A DNA stretch of 64,000 bases from an uncultured delta proteobacterium (GTDB lineage Bacteria; Myxococcota; Myxococcia; Myxococcales; 40CM-4-68-19): contig CAIWCD010000014.1 of NCBI GenBank assembly GCA_903911145.1, forward strand, positions 124,001-188,000. The letters run 5' to 3'. Position 1 is the first letter of the stretch. Every line of letters starts with the position of its first letter. Below are positions 1-9,781 of this stretch, piece by piece. The position numbers were made by a program, and so were the translations under genes. The notes beneath the pieces were generated by a model. That model saw only the letters and a list, made by a program, of their open reading frames with translations. It was not told the DNA's origin and ran no database searches.

Positions 1-1
1 C

Positions 2-136
2 ACCCCGCTGTCGACGGAGAGTTTCGCAGGCGACGCACGAAGAATGGCCGCGGAAGTCCGGGCCCTGTTCGTCGAGCCAGCCGACGCTCCTTCGATGAGC
101 TCCTCTGCCGCAGGCAACCTGACTTCGGAACGTTGA
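2..136 (+). CDS. C-terminal fragment of upstream gene, probably the APE-cluster acyltransferase (ApeD-like); partial
   Basis: Frame 2 is open from the window edge (TPLSTESFAGDARRMAAEVRALF...) to TGA at 134-136, overlapping the ATG of the first ACP (TGATG). Identity is inferred only from its position before the tandem ACPs. Confidence 0.4.
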   Translation, partial: TPLSTESFAGDARRMAAEVRALFVEPADAPSMSSSAAGNLTSER

Positions 137-438
137 TGACGACGCCCAATCCCGCAACCCCCGCGTTCGAGCTTGAGATGAAGAAGCTCATCGTCGAAGC
201 GCTGATGCTCACCGATGTGAAGGCCGAGGAGATCGACAGCGCTGCGCCGCTGTTCGGAACAGGGCTCGGCCTCGATTCGATCGACGCGCTCGAGCTGGCG
301 ATCGCCATTGGCAAGCGCTACCGGGTGAAGTTCAGCTCCGACGACAACTCCAACCGCGACACGTTCCGCTCCGTGCAGGCGCTCGCTGAGTATGTCGCGC
401 GTTCCATTCCCGCCGCAGCCCCCGAGGTCTCGCAATGA
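136..438 (+). CDS. Acyl carrier protein (ApeE-like)
   Basis: APLFGTGLGLDSIDALEL phosphopantetheine motif, about 100 aa, acidic; first of two tandem ACPs. Confidence 0.93.
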   Translation: MTTPNPATPAFELEMKKLIVEALMLTDVKAEEIDSAAPLFGTGLGLDSIDALELAIAIGKRYRVKFSSDDNSNRDTFRSVQALAEYVARSIPAAAPEVSQ

Positions 439-686
439 CGCGCGCGGAGATCGAACTCAAGGTGAGGGAGATGATGGCGCAGACGTTCGAGATGGACATC
501 GAGAAGCTGACGCCTGAAGCGAAGCTGTTCGAGGAGCTCAATCTCGACAGCATCGACGCTGTCGATCTCGTCGTGAAGGTGCAGGAGATCACGGGTCGGC
601 GCGTCGACGCGGCGGACCTGAAGCGCGTGCGGACGGTCAAGGACGTGGTCGATATCCTCGAGCAGCATCTGCAGAAGGTCGCGTAG
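435..686 (+). CDS. Acyl carrier protein (ApeF-like)
   Basis: LFEELNLDSIDAVDL motif, 83 aa, ATGA overlap with previous ACP. Confidence 0.95.
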   Translation: MTRAEIELKVREMMAQTFEMDIEKLTPEAKLFEELNLDSIDAVDLVVKVQEITGRRVDAADLKRVRTVKDVVDILEQHLQKVA

Positions 687-721
687 GCGACCGCGGCTCC
701 TCACACGTTTGCTTCACGCCA

Positions 722-2449
722 ATGAACGCGGATCGCTACAGCCTCGCGGAACGGCACTCGTCGGAATCATTCGTGGCGGTCGGCGCGGAGGGCGCGCGCA
801 CCGCTCGTGAGTTCTGCCAGGACGTCGCGCTGCTCGTGCGCGCATTGGCGCAGCTCTCGCCGCAGACACAGCGGCCGATTCTCGCGATCACCGATCGCTA
901 TCGCTTCGCGGTCGCGCTGCTCGCCTGTTGGTCGAGTGGCCGCGTCGTCGCGCTGCCTCCCAATGGCCAGACCGATCTTCTGCGCAAGCTCGCGCTCGAG
1001 CAGGACGGGCTGCTCATTCATGACGGCGACGCGATCGATGGACTCGACGTTCGCGCCGCGCTCGCGCAGCCTGCGCCCGAGACGGCGTTCGCGCCGTTCG
1101 TGTTGCCCGCGGCCCAGCCTCTCGTCGTCATCTTCACCTCGGGAAGCACCGGCGAGCGCCAGCCGGCAGAGAAGACCGGCGCGCAGCTTCTCGGTGAAGC
1201 AGCGCTGCAGGGGCAGCTCTCCCTGGTTGCTCCGGCGGATCGCGTCCTCGCGACGGTGCCGCCGCAGCACATCTACGGACTGCTCTTCGGCATCCTCGTT
1301 CCGCTCATGCGAGGAGCGGCGTTCTCGCGCGGCACGCCGCTGCACGCTGAGGCGGTCGCGGCCGCGGCGCGCGAGATCGGCGCGACGATTCTCGTCAGTG
1401 TGCCGGCCCATCTGCGCGGACTCGAGGCGCTCAGTTCGACTGCGCTGCCTTCGTCAATTCGCCTGGTGCTCTCCTCTGGCGCCCCTCTCGATGCGCGCAC
1501 GCAGGCGGTGCTCGCGAAGCTCTCGCTCCCGGTGCGCGAGATCCTCGGCTCGACGGAGACGGGCGGAATGGCCGTCCGCGATCCGCTCGTCGATGCGGCG
1601 TGGCGACCTCTTCCGGGTCTGCAGATCGCCGCCGGCGAGGACGGCCAGCTTCTCCTCGATTCACCGTTTCTTCCTCGCGAGGTCGCCAGGCCGCTCGCCT
1701 GCGCCGACCGCATCGAGCTCAATCCCGATGGATCGTTTGCGCACAAGGGGCGCCTCGACGACGTCGTGAAGATCGCCGGCAAGCGGCTCGCGCTGTCCGA
1801 GATGGAGGCGCGGCTGCGCGAGCTTCCGGGCGTGCGCGAGGTGGCGCTCTTCGCGCGTGCGACGGACGTGGCGCGCGGTGCAGAGCTGTTCGCCGTGGTC
1901 GCAGGCGTGGGCCCGACACGCGAGTCGATCCGCGCGGCGCTGTTGCGCTCATTTGATCCGGTCGTGCTCCCGCGCCATCTGCGCATCGTCGAGAAGCTGC
2001 CCGTAGACGCGAACGGCAAGCCGGGCCGTGCGCTCCTGCTGGCCCTCTTCGAGAAGCCGACGCAGGCGGCAGCGGATCCCGAGCACAAGCGATTGTCTCT
2101 CGCGCTGCAGTCCCATGAGCAGCACGGCGCGACCGAACTGTTTCGCCTCGAGGGAGTCGTGCCTGCGGAGCTCCACTGGTTTCGCGGACACTTCGAGGGC
2201 TTCCCCATTCTCGCTGGCGTCGTGCAGCTGCGCGTCCTGGTTCTCGCGGAGTGTCGCCTGCGCTGGCCCGATCTGGGTCCGCTGCGTCGGCTTGCGCGCA
2301 TCAAGTTCCGCAGTCCGATCTCCGCGTCGCAGCAGATCGTGTTGACGCTGCGCCGCGAGCGCTCGTCTGCATCCGTGCAGTACGAGATCACGCGCGGCGG
2401 CAACTCCTGCAGCTCAGGGATGCTCGAGTTCGAACCGGTGGCGCCGTGA
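722..2449 (+). CDS. AMP-binding acyl-ACP/CoA ligase (ApeH-like) fused to C-terminal hotdog dehydratase (ApeI-like)
   Basis: FTSGSTG, VPPQHIYGL, GSTETGG, GRLDDVVKIAGKR adenylation motifs; C-terminal WFRGHFEGFPILAGVVQ FabA/FabZ-type motif. Confidence 0.88.
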   Translation: MNADRYSLAERHSSESFVAVGAEGARTAREFCQDVALLVRALAQLSPQTQRPILAITDRYRFAVALLACWSSGRVVALPPNGQTDLLRKLALEQDGLLIHDGDAIDGLDVRAALAQPAPETAFAPFVLPAAQPLVVIFTSGSTGERQPAEKTGAQLLGEAALQGQLSLVAPADRVLATVPPQHIYGLLFGILVPLMRGAAFSRGTPLHAEAVAAAAREIGATILVSVPAHLRGLEALSSTALPSSIRLVLSSGAPLDARTQAVLAKLSLPVREILGSTETGGMAVRDPLVDAAWRPLPGLQIAAGEDGQLLLDSPFLPREVARPLACADRIELNPDGSFAHKGRLDDVVKIAGKRLALSEMEARLRELPGVREVALFARATDVARGAELFAVVAGVGPTRESIRAALLRSFDPVVLPRHLRIVEKLPVDANGKPGRALLLALFEKPTQAAADPEHKRLSLALQSHEQHGATELFRLEGVVPAELHWFRGHFEGFPILAGVVQLRVLVLAECRLRWPDLGPLRRLARIKFRSPISASQQIVLTLRRERSSASVQYEITRGGNSCSSGMLEFEPVAP

Positions 2450-3195
2450 CGTCGCAGCCAGTGCGTGCCTGCATTCTCATTCCCACCTTCAACAATCCCG
2501 ACACGATTCGCCGCGTCGTCGAAGCGGCGCGCCTGCTCGTGCCCGACGTGCTGGTGGTCGACGATGGAAGCGCAGAGGCGGGTCGCAGCGCGGTCGCGAG
2601 CCTCGCGCTGGAGAAGCTCGCGCACGTCGTTCATCGAGAGAAGAACGGCGGCAAGGGCGCGGCGGTGAAGACCGGATTTGCGCAAGCGCAACGGCTCGGC
2701 TTCACGCACGCGCTGCAGGTGGACGCAGACGGGCAGCACAACCTCGACGACATCCCCGCGTTCCTCGCGGCCGCGCGCGCGCAGCCTGACGCGCTTGTTC
2801 TCGGCTGCCCGCTCTTCGACGCGAGCGCACCCACAGGCCGCAAGGTCGGTCGCTTGATCACGATCTTCTGGACCACGCTGGAGACGGGCGGTCGCACGAT
2901 CGTCGATCCGATGTGCGGCTTCCGCGTCTATCCCGTTGCGAGCGCGCTCGCTGCCAGCGCGGGCACGGGCGATCGGATGGACTTCGACATCGAGATCGCC
3001 GTGCGCATGGTCTGGGCCGGCGCGCCGACGATCAACCTGCCGACCAAAGTGCGCTACCTGCGCGCCGACGAGGGCGGCGTGTCCCACTTTCATCTCTTCT
3101 GGGACAACGTGCGCATCAGCTGGATGCACACGCGCCTCGTCGTGCGCGCGATCCTGCGCGTGCTCTCCTGGCCTGTGCGTCGGCTGCGCGCATGA
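2446..3195 (+). CDS. Family 2 glycosyltransferase (N-terminal half of ApeJ-like)
   Basis: LIPTFNN, VVDDGS, NGGKGAA, QVDADGQH, DPMCGFRVYP, GVSHF; GTG start overlaps upstream TGA. Confidence 0.92.
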   Translation: MTSQPVRACILIPTFNNPDTIRRVVEAARLLVPDVLVVDDGSAEAGRSAVASLALEKLAHVVHREKNGGKGAAVKTGFAQAQRLGFTHALQVDADGQHNLDDIPAFLAAARAQPDALVLGCPLFDASAPTGRKVGRLITIFWTTLETGGRTIVDPMCGFRVYPVASALAASAGTGDRMDFDIEIAVRMVWAGAPTINLPTKVRYLRADEGGVSHFHLFWDNVRISWMHTRLVVRAILRVLSWPVRRLRA

Positions 3196-4088
3196 CCGGG
3201 CGCAACTGGCTCTCGACTGCCGAGCGCGGCTCGATCCTCGGCATCCGCTTCATGGTCGCGCTCTGCGGCTTCGTCGGCAGGCCAGCAGCGCGGTTCGTGC
3301 TTAAGTTCGTTGCGCTCTACTACCTGCTCTTCGCCACGCAGGCCCGTCGCGCGTCGCGCAGCTTCCTGCGCAGATTCCACGCCCGCGTCACGCTGTCGAT
3401 GATCTACCGACACATCCTCAACTTCGCCGAGGTCGCGCTCGATCGCGTGTTTCTCCTCCGCGGGCAGTTCGAGCTCTTCGAGGTCTCGTCGAACGGATTC
3501 GAGCACATGCGCAAGCTGCGGGAGGAAAAGCGCGGTGCGATTCTCCTCGGCGCGCACCTCGGCAGTTTCGAAGCGATGCGTCTCTGTGCGGGCAAGCGCG
3601 AAGTGCCGATCAACATCATCACGTATCGAGGCAACGCCCGCATGCTCAACAGCGTCCTCGCTGCGGTGAGCCCGGGTGCACAGAGCCGCTTCATCGAGCT
3701 GACGCCGGGAGACGTGAACTCGATCCTGCGCGTGAAGGAGCTGATCGAGGCGGGCGAGATGGTCGCGATTCTCGGCGATCGCGCGGAGCTCGACGCGAAG
3801 GCCGTCGCGGTCGATTTCTTCGGTGCGAAGGCTCGTTTCCCCTCGGGCCTGTTCGTGCTCGCGGCGACGCTGCGCTGCCCGGTCTATCTGACGTTCTCGA
3901 TCTACCGCAGCCCCAACCGCTACGAGTTCTTCTGCGAGTCGTTCGCCGAGCAGATCGAGCTGCCGCGCGGCGACCGGGAAGCGGCACTGCTCGACACCGT
4001 GCAGCGATATGCGAAAAGGCTCGAGCATTACTGCCGCATGGAGCCGGGGAATTGGTTCAACTTCTACGATTTCTGGAACGAGAGCTAA
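3192..4088 (+). CDS. LpxL/LPLAT-family acyltransferase (C-terminal half of ApeJ-like)
   Basis: W..ERGS N-terminus, AHLGSFE, ILGDR, terminal NWFNFYDFW typical of APE acyltransferases. Confidence 0.88.
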   Translation: MTGRNWLSTAERGSILGIRFMVALCGFVGRPAARFVLKFVALYYLLFATQARRASRSFLRRFHARVTLSMIYRHILNFAEVALDRVFLLRGQFELFEVSSNGFEHMRKLREEKRGAILLGAHLGSFEAMRLCAGKREVPINIITYRGNARMLNSVLAAVSPGAQSRFIELTPGDVNSILRVKELIEAGEMVAILGDRAELDAKAVAVDFFGAKARFPSGLFVLAATLRCPVYLTFSIYRSPNRYEFFCESFAEQIELPRGDREAALLDTVQRYAKRLEHYCRMEPGNWFNFYDFWNES

Positions 4089-5633
4089 GTGGACGAGCGA
4101 GCTGAAGTGACGGTCGGACTTGCGCCGCTGACGATCGAGCAGGTGCTCTCGCTCGCGCGCGGAAATGCGCGCCCAGCGCTGCCGCGCGATACTTCGTGGT
4201 CCACGCAGATCGAGCGTGGCGTCAACGCGATCGCCACGCGGGTTGCAGCTGGCGAGGTGATCTACGGCGTCAGCACGGGCGTCGGCGACTCCTGCGAGAC
4301 GATGGTTCCGGCAGCGTTTGTTCGTGATCTGCAAATCAACCTCGTGCGCTTCCACGGCTGCGGAGTGGGGCGGCTGCTGACGCCGCTTGAGTCCGGCGCG
4401 GTGGTCGCGGTGCGCCTCGCATCGCTCACGCGCGGCTGGTCGGCCGTGCGGCCAGAACTTCTGCAAGGCCTTTGCGATCTGCTCGCGCATCGGCTCCTGC
4501 CCTGCATCCCCGCGCAGGGATCCGTCGGCGCGAGCGGGGATCTCACTCCGCTCTCGTATCTCGCGGCGGTGCTCACCGGCGACCGCGAGGTCTATGTCGA
4601 TGGACACCCCGCCGCGGCTCGAGAGGCGCTCGCGCGCGCGGGCCTTGTGCCTCTGCAACTGCAAGCGAAGGAAGCGCTCGCGATCATGAATGGCACGAGC
4701 GTGATGACCGCGCTCGCGTGCGTGGCGTTCGAGCAGTCGATGCGGCTTGCGCGCCTCTCTGCAGCGCTCACCGCGATGGCCTCGGACGTGACGCAGGGGA
4801 ACCAGGCCCACTTCGATGATCGGCTCTTCGCCGCCAAGCCGCATCCGGGCCAGCGAGCCGCCGCGCGCTGGATCGCAAGCGACATCGCCTACGACGCGAA
4901 GACGAGGCGCAGTGTCGACCGCGTGCAGGATCGCTATTCGATTCGCTGCGCACCGCACGTCATCGGTGTGCTGCTCGATGCAGCGCCGTTTCTGCGCTCG
5001 ACGCTCGAGATTGAAATCAACAGCGCCAACGACAATCCGCTCGTTGATCCCGAGACGGGCGAGGTGCTGCATGGCGGAAATTTCTACGGCGGCCACGTCT
5101 GTCTCGCGATGGATCTGCTGAAGAACACCGTCGCGAATCTGGCCGATCTGCTCGACCGGCAGATGGCGCTCATCTGCAACCCGGCGATGAACCAGGGCGG
5201 GCTTGCCGCGAATCTCGTCGCGCGCACCGAGGCCGACGGCGCCGCGCATCACGGCTTCAAGGCGATGCAGATCACGACCTCTGCGCTGGCCGCCGAGGCG
5301 CTCAAGCTGACGATGCCCGCGAGCGCCTTCTCGCGGAGCACCGAGTGCCACAACCAGGACAAGGTCAGCATGGGCACCATCGCCGCGCGCGACTGCCTGA
5401 CGATTCTTGAACTCACCGAGACGGTGGCCGCGATCCATCTGCTCGCGCTCTGCCAGGCGGTCGATCTTCGCGGCCTCGCTGCGTGCGGTCCGCGTGCGCG
5501 CACGCTGCATGCGGCCGTGCGCGCGCTGGTGCCAGTGAACCTCGCGGATCGCCGGATGGATGGCGACATCGCGCGCGTGCTCGAGGCGATGCGCAGCAAT
5601 GCACTCCCCATCGGAAAGTGTGAGCTGCCATGA
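4089..5633 (+). CDS. MIO-dependent aromatic amino acid ammonia-lyase (HAL/PAL/TAL family)
   Basis: IYGVSTGVG, GSVGASGDL (ASG forms MIO), KEALAIMNGT, QDRYSIRC, NDNP, HGGNFYG, HNQDKVSMG. Confidence 0.95.
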   Translation: MDERAEVTVGLAPLTIEQVLSLARGNARPALPRDTSWSTQIERGVNAIATRVAAGEVIYGVSTGVGDSCETMVPAAFVRDLQINLVRFHGCGVGRLLTPLESGAVVAVRLASLTRGWSAVRPELLQGLCDLLAHRLLPCIPAQGSVGASGDLTPLSYLAAVLTGDREVYVDGHPAAAREALARAGLVPLQLQAKEALAIMNGTSVMTALACVAFEQSMRLARLSAALTAMASDVTQGNQAHFDDRLFAAKPHPGQRAAARWIASDIAYDAKTRRSVDRVQDRYSIRCAPHVIGVLLDAAPFLRSTLEIEINSANDNPLVDPETGEVLHGGNFYGGHVCLAMDLLKNTVANLADLLDRQMALICNPAMNQGGLAANLVARTEADGAAHHGFKAMQITTSALAAEALKLTMPASAFSRSTECHNQDKVSMGTIAARDCLTILELTETVAAIHLLALCQAVDLRGLAACGPRARTLHAAVRALVPVNLADRRMDGDIARVLEAMRSNALPIGKCELP

Positions 5634-6064
5634 GCCGCACTCCGGAGAAACACGCGAAGGTCTCGGTCGAGCTGACCGTGCCGTTCCACGACGTCGATCC
5701 GCTGCACATCGTCTGGCACGGGAACTACCTCAAGTATCTCGAGATCGCGCGCACGGAGCTGATGCGCTCGCGCGGGCTCGACATTCCGCAGATCGTCGAG
5801 CTGGGATTCCGCCAGGTGGTCATCGAGGTGAAGTGCCGCTACGCGCATCCGCTCCGATATGGCGAGCGGTTCCGCGTCGACGCCTGGTTCAACGACATCG
5901 AGCACCGGCTCAACATCGGCTTCGAGATCTTCAATCTCAGCCAGGAGGGCCAGCGCGCGCTGCACGGCCACTGCATCCTCGTCACCACCGACGCGGCCGG
6001 GCGCATGCTCCTCGAGACCCCGCCGGCGCTCTGCGCGCTGCTGGGCGAGAAGCGAGACGTTTGA
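5630..6064 (+). CDS. Acyl-CoA/ACP thioesterase, 4HBT/YbgC family (ApeK-like)
   Basis: VPFHDVDPLHIVWHGNYLKYLEIAR motif. Confidence 0.92.
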   Translation: MSRTPEKHAKVSVELTVPFHDVDPLHIVWHGNYLKYLEIARTELMRSRGLDIPQIVELGFRQVVIEVKCRYAHPLRYGERFRVDAWFNDIEHRLNIGFEIFNLSQEGQRALHGHCILVTTDAAGRMLLETPPALCALLGEKRDV

Positions 6065-6771
6065 TGCCGGGCCTTCGCGCACTCTCGATGACCGCGCCGT
6101 GTGCGCTGCTGTTGCTCTCTGGAGGCGTGCTGGCGCAGAGTGACAAAGTTACACACGGTGTCACAGTGTCACAGGTGGCCGCGGCGCCGACCGGCCCTGC
6201 CTCGTCGCTGACCATCGACTCGTTGATGGCCGAATTTCGCGCGGTCGAGGGGCTCGAGGCGCAGTTTCGCGAAGAGAAGAAGATGGCCATCCTCGCCGTC
6301 CCGCTCGTCAGCGAAGGCACGATCGACTTCGCCGCGCCGGACCGCCTCGTGCGGGAGACCACGAGCCCCGCGGTGTCGAAGCTGCTGGTCGATTCGAAAC
6401 AGCTGCGCTTCTCCGACGTCGGAGGCAGCCAGTCGATTCCTCTCGAGGGAAATCCGGTCGTGCGGCTGTTCGTCGATGCCTTCGTAAAGGTGCTCGCCGG
6501 CGATCGCGCAGCGCTCGAGAAGATCTTTGCCATCGAACTGCACGCGGTTGGCAAGGGCTGGTCGATGACGTTGACGCCGCGGCTCGAGCCGATGAAGTCG
6601 GTGATCGCGCGCATGCAACTCGACGGGAGCGGCGTGGTGATGAGCCAGATGCGGCTCATCGAGGTGGAAGGCGACGAGACGGTCACCGTCTTTCGCGCGG
6701 TGAACACGCACCGCCGCTTCTCGGCGGAGGAGAGTGCGCGGATCTTCGGCGCTCCGAGTCCTTCGCGATGA
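6064..6771 (+). CDS. LolA-like periplasmic lipid carrier (ApeL-like)
   Basis: Signal peptide, F.EEKKMAILAVPLVSEG, terminal IEVEGDET pattern; position between thioesterase and MMPL. Confidence 0.82.
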   Translation: MPGLRALSMTAPCALLLLSGGVLAQSDKVTHGVTVSQVAAAPTGPASSLTIDSLMAEFRAVEGLEAQFREEKKMAILAVPLVSEGTIDFAAPDRLVRETTSPAVSKLLVDSKQLRFSDVGGSQSIPLEGNPVVRLFVDAFVKVLAGDRAALEKIFAIELHAVGKGWSMTLTPRLEPMKSVIARMQLDGSGVVMSQMRLIEVEGDETVTVFRAVNTHRRFSAEESARIFGAPSPSR

Positions 6772-9128
6772 ACGACCGCGCCCGCATTGCGCTTGGCTTC
6801 GCGCTGCTCGTCGCGCTGGGCATCTTCTGCGCGCTGCGGATGCGCGTCACCACCGACATCACCTATTTTCTTCCCAGCTCGGAGGACAAGCAGCTCGCCG
6901 AAATTTCGCGAGAGCTGCTCGATTCACCGCTGACGCGCAGCATGATCCTCAGCGTCGAAGCGCCCGATCGCGCGCGCGCTGTCGCGGCGGGAAAGTCGCT
7001 CGCGACCGCGCTGCGCGCCGATCCGGAGATCGCCTGGTTGCGCAGCGGTCCGGGGCCCGACATCGCCGAGACGTTCTACCGTCTGTTCTTCCCGCATCGC
7101 TTTCAGCTGCTCTCCAGTGAGCCAGAGCGCGAACTTCCCGCTCGCTACGCGGATGCAGGGCTCGCGAGCGCCGCGCAGGAGCTGCGCGCAAAGCTCTCCT
7201 CTCCTCTCGGCGCACTTCTCAAGCGCCTCGCCGGCGATGACCCGCTGCTCGCGTTCCAGGTGCAACTCGGGCGTCTGCAGTCGGCGCAGGAGGGCTCGCT
7301 TGCCGTCGAGGACGATCAGTTCGTCACCGCCGATGGGCGCCACGCAATCCTCTTTCTCGCCACGCGCGGCTCGCCCTTCGATGGTGCATCGCAGAGGCCG
7401 CTGCTTCTGCGCATCCGCAGCGCGTTCGACGCGATCAACGCGGCTGCCGGCGGTGCGCTCGCGCTGGAGGAGAGCGGCGTAAATCGATTCGCGGTCGACT
7501 CCGAGCGGATCGTTCGCGCCGACATCGATCGCATCAGCATCGTCTCGACGCTTGCGATCGTCGCGCTCTTCCTCTTCCTCTTTCGCTCTCTGCGCATGCT
7601 GCTTCTCGCGCTCGTCCCGCTGGTCGCGGGCTTTGCGACGGCGACGGCGGCCGTGCTCTGCGTGAACGGGACGCTGCACGGGCTGACGCTCGCGTTTGGC
7701 TCGACGCTGCTTGGCGTCTGCATCGACTACCCGATCCTCTTCCTCAACCACCACGTGCTCGAGGGGGATGCGCAAGGCGCATGGGCGACGCTGCGGCGTA
7801 TTCGTGCGGCGCTGCTGCTCGGTGCGTTCACCACGCTCGGTGGATTTGCCGGGCTTGCCTGGACCACCTTTCCCGGCATGCGGCAGATGGCACTGTTCGC
7901 GAGCGCAGGAATTCTCGGAGCGCTCGCGGCAAGTCTCTGGCTGCTTCCGGCTCTCGTCGGGCGCGCTCCCGTGGTCGTGCCGGTGCACCGCGGGATCTCG
8001 CACAGGCTCGGCCAGCTTCTCGAATCGATGCGCAGCCGCCGCAAGCTGCTTGCGCTCATTCCCCTCGGTGCGCTCGCGCTCTGTGCTGTCGGTCTGCCGC
8101 GGCTGCATTGGGATGACGATCTCTCCGCGATGCAGCGGCCGAGCGGGACGCTGCTGGCTGAGGATGAACGCGTGCGCGCGCAGGTGTCGCGCATGGACAC
8201 GGGCCGCTTCGTGATCGCGATGGGCACGACAGAGGAGGCCGCGCTGCAGGCCAACGATCGGGTGTTCAGCGCACTCGTCGAAGCGCGCACGCACGGGCTG
8301 CTCGAGGATTTCCGTTCGCTGCACACGTTGCTCTTCTCGGCCGAGTTGCAGCAGCGCAACCAGGCCCAACTCGCGCAGTCCCCGCAGCTCTTTGCGCGCA
8401 CGTCGACGGCTCTCGAGAAGGAGGGCTTCCGCGCAGAAGGCTTTCACGGATTCGCGAGCGCACTTTCCGCTCCTCCACCCGAACCGCTCTCTGCCTCCGC
8501 GATCGCCGACTCGTCTCTCGGTGATCTGATCGCGCCGTTTCGCGTGAGGCTCGGCGATGAGTTCGCGGTCCTCACGTTCCTGCGCGGCGTGCGCGATCCC
8601 TCAGCGCTCTCGGCCGCGATCGCGCCGCTCGCCGGCGTGCGCTATTTTGATCAAGGCGCGTTTCTCTCCTCGGCCTACGGCAGATATCGCGCGCGCGCCA
8701 CGCAGCTGATCGGCGGCGGGCTCCTCTTCGTCTTCGCGATGCTCTTCGCCTACTACCGGCGAACCGGTCCTTCGCTCGCGGCCGGCGTCCCTGGTGTGCT
8801 CGCGGCGATCACTGCGCTCGCGCTGCTCGGACTCTTCGGCATTCACGCCAATCTGCTCCACGTCGTCTCGCTGCTCCTGGTGGTGAGCGTCGGCGAGGAC
8901 TACGCGATCTTCCTCGTCGCCAGCGCCGACCGTGCCAATGAACTCGAGGCGAGCGCGATGAGCGTGGCTCTCTGCTGCCTATGCGGAATGCTCAGCTTCG
9001 GCCTGCTCGCGCTCTCGGAGATCCCGGCACTGCGCGCGATCGGACTGACCACGACGCTGGGGATCCTGCTCAGTCTCATCCTCGCGCCGACGGCGCTGCT
9101 GCTTCTCCCTCGAACGGAGGCGCGATGA
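6768..9128 (+). CDS. MMPL/RND-family lipid exporter (ApeM-like)
   Basis: TDITYFLP, two bundles of TM helices with GVCIDY and SVGEDY motifs, two periplasmic domains. Confidence 0.92.
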   Translation: MNDRARIALGFALLVALGIFCALRMRVTTDITYFLPSSEDKQLAEISRELLDSPLTRSMILSVEAPDRARAVAAGKSLATALRADPEIAWLRSGPGPDIAETFYRLFFPHRFQLLSSEPERELPARYADAGLASAAQELRAKLSSPLGALLKRLAGDDPLLAFQVQLGRLQSAQEGSLAVEDDQFVTADGRHAILFLATRGSPFDGASQRPLLLRIRSAFDAINAAAGGALALEESGVNRFAVDSERIVRADIDRISIVSTLAIVALFLFLFRSLRMLLLALVPLVAGFATATAAVLCVNGTLHGLTLAFGSTLLGVCIDYPILFLNHHVLEGDAQGAWATLRRIRAALLLGAFTTLGGFAGLAWTTFPGMRQMALFASAGILGALAASLWLLPALVGRAPVVVPVHRGISHRLGQLLESMRSRRKLLALIPLGALALCAVGLPRLHWDDDLSAMQRPSGTLLAEDERVRAQVSRMDTGRFVIAMGTTEEAALQANDRVFSALVEARTHGLLEDFRSLHTLLFSAELQQRNQAQLAQSPQLFARTSTALEKEGFRAEGFHGFASALSAPPPEPLSASAIADSSLGDLIAPFRVRLGDEFAVLTFLRGVRDPSALSAAIAPLAGVRYFDQGAFLSSAYGRYRARATQLIGGGLLFVFAMLFAYYRRTGPSLAAGVPGVLAAITALALLGLFGIHANLLHVVSLLLVVSVGEDYAIFLVASADRANELEASAMSVALCCLCGMLSFGLLALSEIPALRAIGLTTTLGILLSLILAPTALLLLPRTEAR

Positions 9129-9781
9129 GCGCGCGTCAGCCGGCCGGACTGTTGCGCGGTGCTGTTGCGATCGCCGCTCTCTTGTTCCTCGCGGCGCAAC
9201 TCTCGACGAGTTGCGCGACCGCGCCCCGTGCGGGTCCGCTGCCGCTGCCCGACTATCCCGGCACGCTGACGCGTCCCTCGGAGCACCCGGGAGATTTCCT
9301 CCTGCGTCAACACTTGACCGCTCACTTCGGCGAGCGGGTGGAGTCGTTCGACGCTGTGCTGCAGAAGCGTGGTGACGTGCTCACGCTGGTGGGGCTCACT
9401 CCATTCGGGACACGTGCATTTCTCCTCGAGCAGACTGGCCTGGAGGTGAAGTTCACCTCGTATGTCGGCGAGCTTCCATTCCCGCCGCGGTTCATCCTTT
9501 TCGATGTCGAGCGGGTCTACTTCGACGGTATTGCGGGCGCGCCGCTCGACGACGGCGAGCATGTCGAGCAGAGGAGTGGCGAACGGATTGTCGAGAGCTG
9601 GAACGGTGGTCGGCTGGCTGCCCGCAGGTTCACGCGCATCGCCAATGATCCTCCCGGCGTGATGAGCATCGTCTACGCGGGCGGAATGGCGAGCGGCGCT
9701 TTCCCTGCGCAGATTGAGATCGACAACGGGTGGGTCGGGTACAAGCTCTCCATCGCCACCTTGTCCGAGCAACGACTGTGA
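9125..9781 (+). CDS. DUF3261-like putative lipoprotein (ApeN-like)
   Basis: Lipobox-like STSC, LTLVGLTPFGTRAF motif, position between MMPL and KS. Confidence 0.75.
   Translation: MSARQPAGLLRGAVAIAALLFLAAQLSTSCATAPRAGPLPLPDYPGTLTRPSEHPGDFLLRQHLTAHFGERVESFDAVLQKRGDVLTLVGLTPFGTRAFLLEQTGLEVKFTSYVGELPFPPRFILFDVERVYFDGIAGAPLDDGEHVEQRSGERIVESWNGGRLAARRFTRIANDPPGVMSIVYAGGMASGAFPAQIEIDNGWVGYKLSIATLSEQRL

Noticed and set aside
4089..5633. Calling the lyase hutH (histidine utilisation)
   Set aside because: No other hut genes, FH rather than SH selectivity residues, and it is coupled inside a PKS operon
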